This document shows, one piece after another, positions 61,601 to 64,000 of a stretch of 64,000 nucleotides of DNA. Positions within the stretch are counted from its first letter, which is position 1. Every line of letters begins with the position of its first letter. The position numbers and the translations under genes are program-made. The notes under the pieces are model-generated. The model searched no databases. It was not told the DNA's origin and was given only the letters and a program-made list of their open reading frames with translations. This DNA comes from the human T2T-CHM13v2.0 reference genome, Homo sapiens. The stretch lies in the NCBI RefSeq assembly GCF_009914755.1, contig NC_060937.1. One strand, written 5' to 3'.

Positions 61601-64000
61601 TATTCTGTACATAAAATATCAAAGTACACCAGACATATATTCTATAGTGTACATAAAATATCAAAGTACCCAAACTATACATTATATACTGTACATAAAA
61701 TATGAAATTACATCAAATATATATTATATTAGGTACATAAAATATGAAAGCACATCAAATATAGATTATATACTGTACATTAAATAACAAAGTACCCCAA
61801 ATATATATTTTATACTGTACATCAAATATCAAAGTTCACAAACTATATATTATATACTGTACATAAAATATCAAAGTACCCATGGTATACATTCTATACT
61901 GTACAAAAAATATCAAAGTACCCAAAGCATGTATTATATACTGTACATAAAATATGAAACTACATCAAATATATATTTTATTCTGTACATAAAATATCAA
62001 AGTACACCAGATATATATTCTATAGTGTACATAAAATATCAAAGTACCCAAACTATACATTATATACTGTACATAAAATATGAAATTACATCAAATATAT
62101 ATTATATTAGGTACATAAAATATGAAAGTACATCAAATATAGATTATATACTGTACATAAAATATCAAAGTACCCCAAATATATATTATATACTCTACAT
62201 GAAATATCAAAGTTCACAAACTATATATTATATACTGTACATAAAATATCAAAGTACCCAAGGTATATATTCTATACTGTATAAAAAATATCAAAGTATC
62301 GAAAGCATGTATTATATACTGTATATAAAATATGAAAGTACATTAAATATATATTTTATTCTCTACATAAAATATCAAAGTACACCAGATATATATTCTA
62401 TAGTGTACATAAAATAACAAAGTACACAAACTATAAATTATATACTGTACATAAAATATGAAATTACATCAAATATATATTAGGTACATAAAATATGAAA
62501 GTACATCAAACATAGATTATATACTGTACATAAAATATCAATGTACCCGAAATATATATTTTATACTCTACATGAAATATCAAAGTTCACAAACGATACA
62601 TTATATACTGTACATAAAATATCAAAGTACCCAAGGTATATATTCTATACTGTACAAAAAATATCAAAGTACCCAAAGCATGTATTATATACTGTACATA
62701 AAATATGAAAGTACATCAAATATATATTTTATTCTGTACATAAAATATCAAAGTACACCAGATATATATTCTATAGTGTACATAAAATATCAAAGTACAC
62801 AAACTATACATTATACACTGTACATAAAATATGAAATTACATCAAATATATATTAGGTACATTAAATATGAAAGTACATCAAATATAGATTATATACTGT
62901 ACATAAAATATCAAAGTAACCCAAATATATATTATATACTCTACATGAAATATCAAAGTTCACAAACTATATATTATATACTGTAAATAAAATATCAAAG
63001 TACCCAAGGTATATATTCTATACTGTACAAAAAATATCAAAGTACCCAAAGCAAGTATTATATAGTGTACATAAAATATGAAAGTACATCAAATATATAT
63101 TTTATTCTGTACATAAAATATCAAAGTACACCAGATTTATATTCTATAGTGTACATAAAATATCAAAGTACCCAAACTATACATTATATACTGTACATAA
63201 AATATGAAATTACATCAAATATATATTATATTAGTTACATAAAATATGAAAGCACATCAAATATAGATTATATACTGTACATTAAATACCAAAGTACCCC
63301 AAATATATATTTTATTCTGTACATCAAATATCAAAGTTCACAAACTATATATTATATACTGTACATAAAATATCAAATTACCCATGGTATATATTCTACA
63401 CTGTACAAAAAATATCAAAGTACCCAAAGCATGTATTATATACTGTATATAAAATATGAAAGTACATCAAATATATATTTTATTCTGTACATAAAATATC
63501 AAAGTACACCAGATATATATTCTATAGTGTACATAAAATAACAAAGTACACAAACTATAAATTATATACTGTACATAAAATATGAAATTTCATCAAATAT
63601 ATATTAGGTACATAAAATATGAAAGTACATCAAATATAGATTATATACTGTACATAAAATATCAATGTACCCCAAATATATATTTTATACTCTACATGGA
63701 ATATCAAAGTTCACAAACCAGATATTATATACTGTACATAAAATATCAAAGTACCCAAGGTATATATTCTATACTGTGCAAAAAATATCAAAGTACCCAA
63801 AGCATGTATTATATACTGTACATAAAATATGAAATTACATCGAATATATATTTTATTCTGTACATAAAATATCAAAGTAAACCAGATATATATTCTATAG
63901 TGTACATAAAATATCAAAGTACCCAAACTATACATTATATACTGTACATAAAATATGAAATTACATCAAATATATATTATATTAGGTACTTAAAATATGA
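55650..64000 (+). repeat. Near-identical second copy of about 34.86-45.84 kb (offset 20,788, then 18,163)
   Basis: ORF pairs 35041/55829, 35673/56461 and 36046/56834 (offset 20788), and 41518/59681, 42161/60324, 43166/61329, 44295/62458 and 45548/63711 (offset 18163), have identical translations. 20788 - 18163 = 2625. Confidence 0.92.

Larger units (their letters stand above)
1..64000 (+). repeat. Human Satellite 1A (HSat1A / Satellite I / SAR) tandem array, 42-bp monomer
   Basis: Seen: continuous head-to-tail repeats of ACATAAAATAT(C/G)AAAGT (17 bp) plus ACCCAAA-TATATATT(A/C)TATACTGT-like (25 bp) subunits, separated by GTAC (RsaI) sites. Hand count of the 378-bp consensus gives 28 G + 53 C, about 21% GC. 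Established knowledge: this 17+25 = 42-bp A/B RsaI structure is the classical human Satellite I (HSat1A) found pericentromerically on chr3, chr4 and the acrocentrics. The array runs off both ends of the window. Confidence 0.96.

Noticed and set aside
170-63935. All ORFs in the six-frame track as protein-coding genes
   Set aside because: They are translations of the satellite monomer. Their starts and stops are set by recurrent indels and point variants, and they show no domain-like content or gene structure.
1-64000. CRISPR array (conserved 17-bp part alternating with a variable 25-bp part)
   Set aside because: The variable parts are homologous to each other and cycle with period nine rather than being unique spacers. 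There are no cas genes or leader.
1-64000. Alpha satellite / CENP-B boxes, HSat1B, HSat2/3, or an AT-rich organelle or parasite genome
   Set aside because: There is no 171-bp period, CENP-B box, CATTC repeat or Alu-derived segment, and no unique sequence. The 17+25-bp RsaI structure fits HSat1A.
1-64000. Inversions or transposon insertions within the array
   Set aside because: Every part I read keeps the same orientation and monomer grammar. I found no foreign sequence, poly(A) tail or target-site duplication.

Overview
The whole 64-kb window is one uninterrupted, single-orientation, AT-rich tandem satellite array that matches human (or great-ape) Satellite 1A (HSat1A / classical Satellite I / RepeatMasker SAR). 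The basic monomer is 42 bp (17-bp + 25-bp GTAC-delimited subunits). Nine distinct monomers form a 378-bp higher-order unit, with a frequent 373-bp variant, giving about 170 units (about 1,520 monomers). I see no genes, RNA genes, transposons or CRISPR arrays. All listed ORFs are by-products of a stop-free reading frame in a monomer whose length is divisible by 3. Diagnostic variants reveal nested structure: a 2,634-bp 7-unit super-repeat with alternating A/B forms (about 14-30 kb), 2,247-bp and 2,625-bp tandem duplications (36-44 kb), an 18.2/20.8-kb-offset duplication (about 34.9-45.8 kb versus 55.7-64 kb), a probable gene-conversion patch, and several whole-monomer deletions or duplications. 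The most interesting functional hypothesis is that the + strand carries 5-6 perfect Pumilio response elements (UGUAHAUA) per unit, so a sense transcript could act as a very dense, NORAD-like Pumilio scaffold. Coordinates and offsets were read by eye and from the ORF track, so boundaries are approximate. The chromosome cannot be determined from the window.
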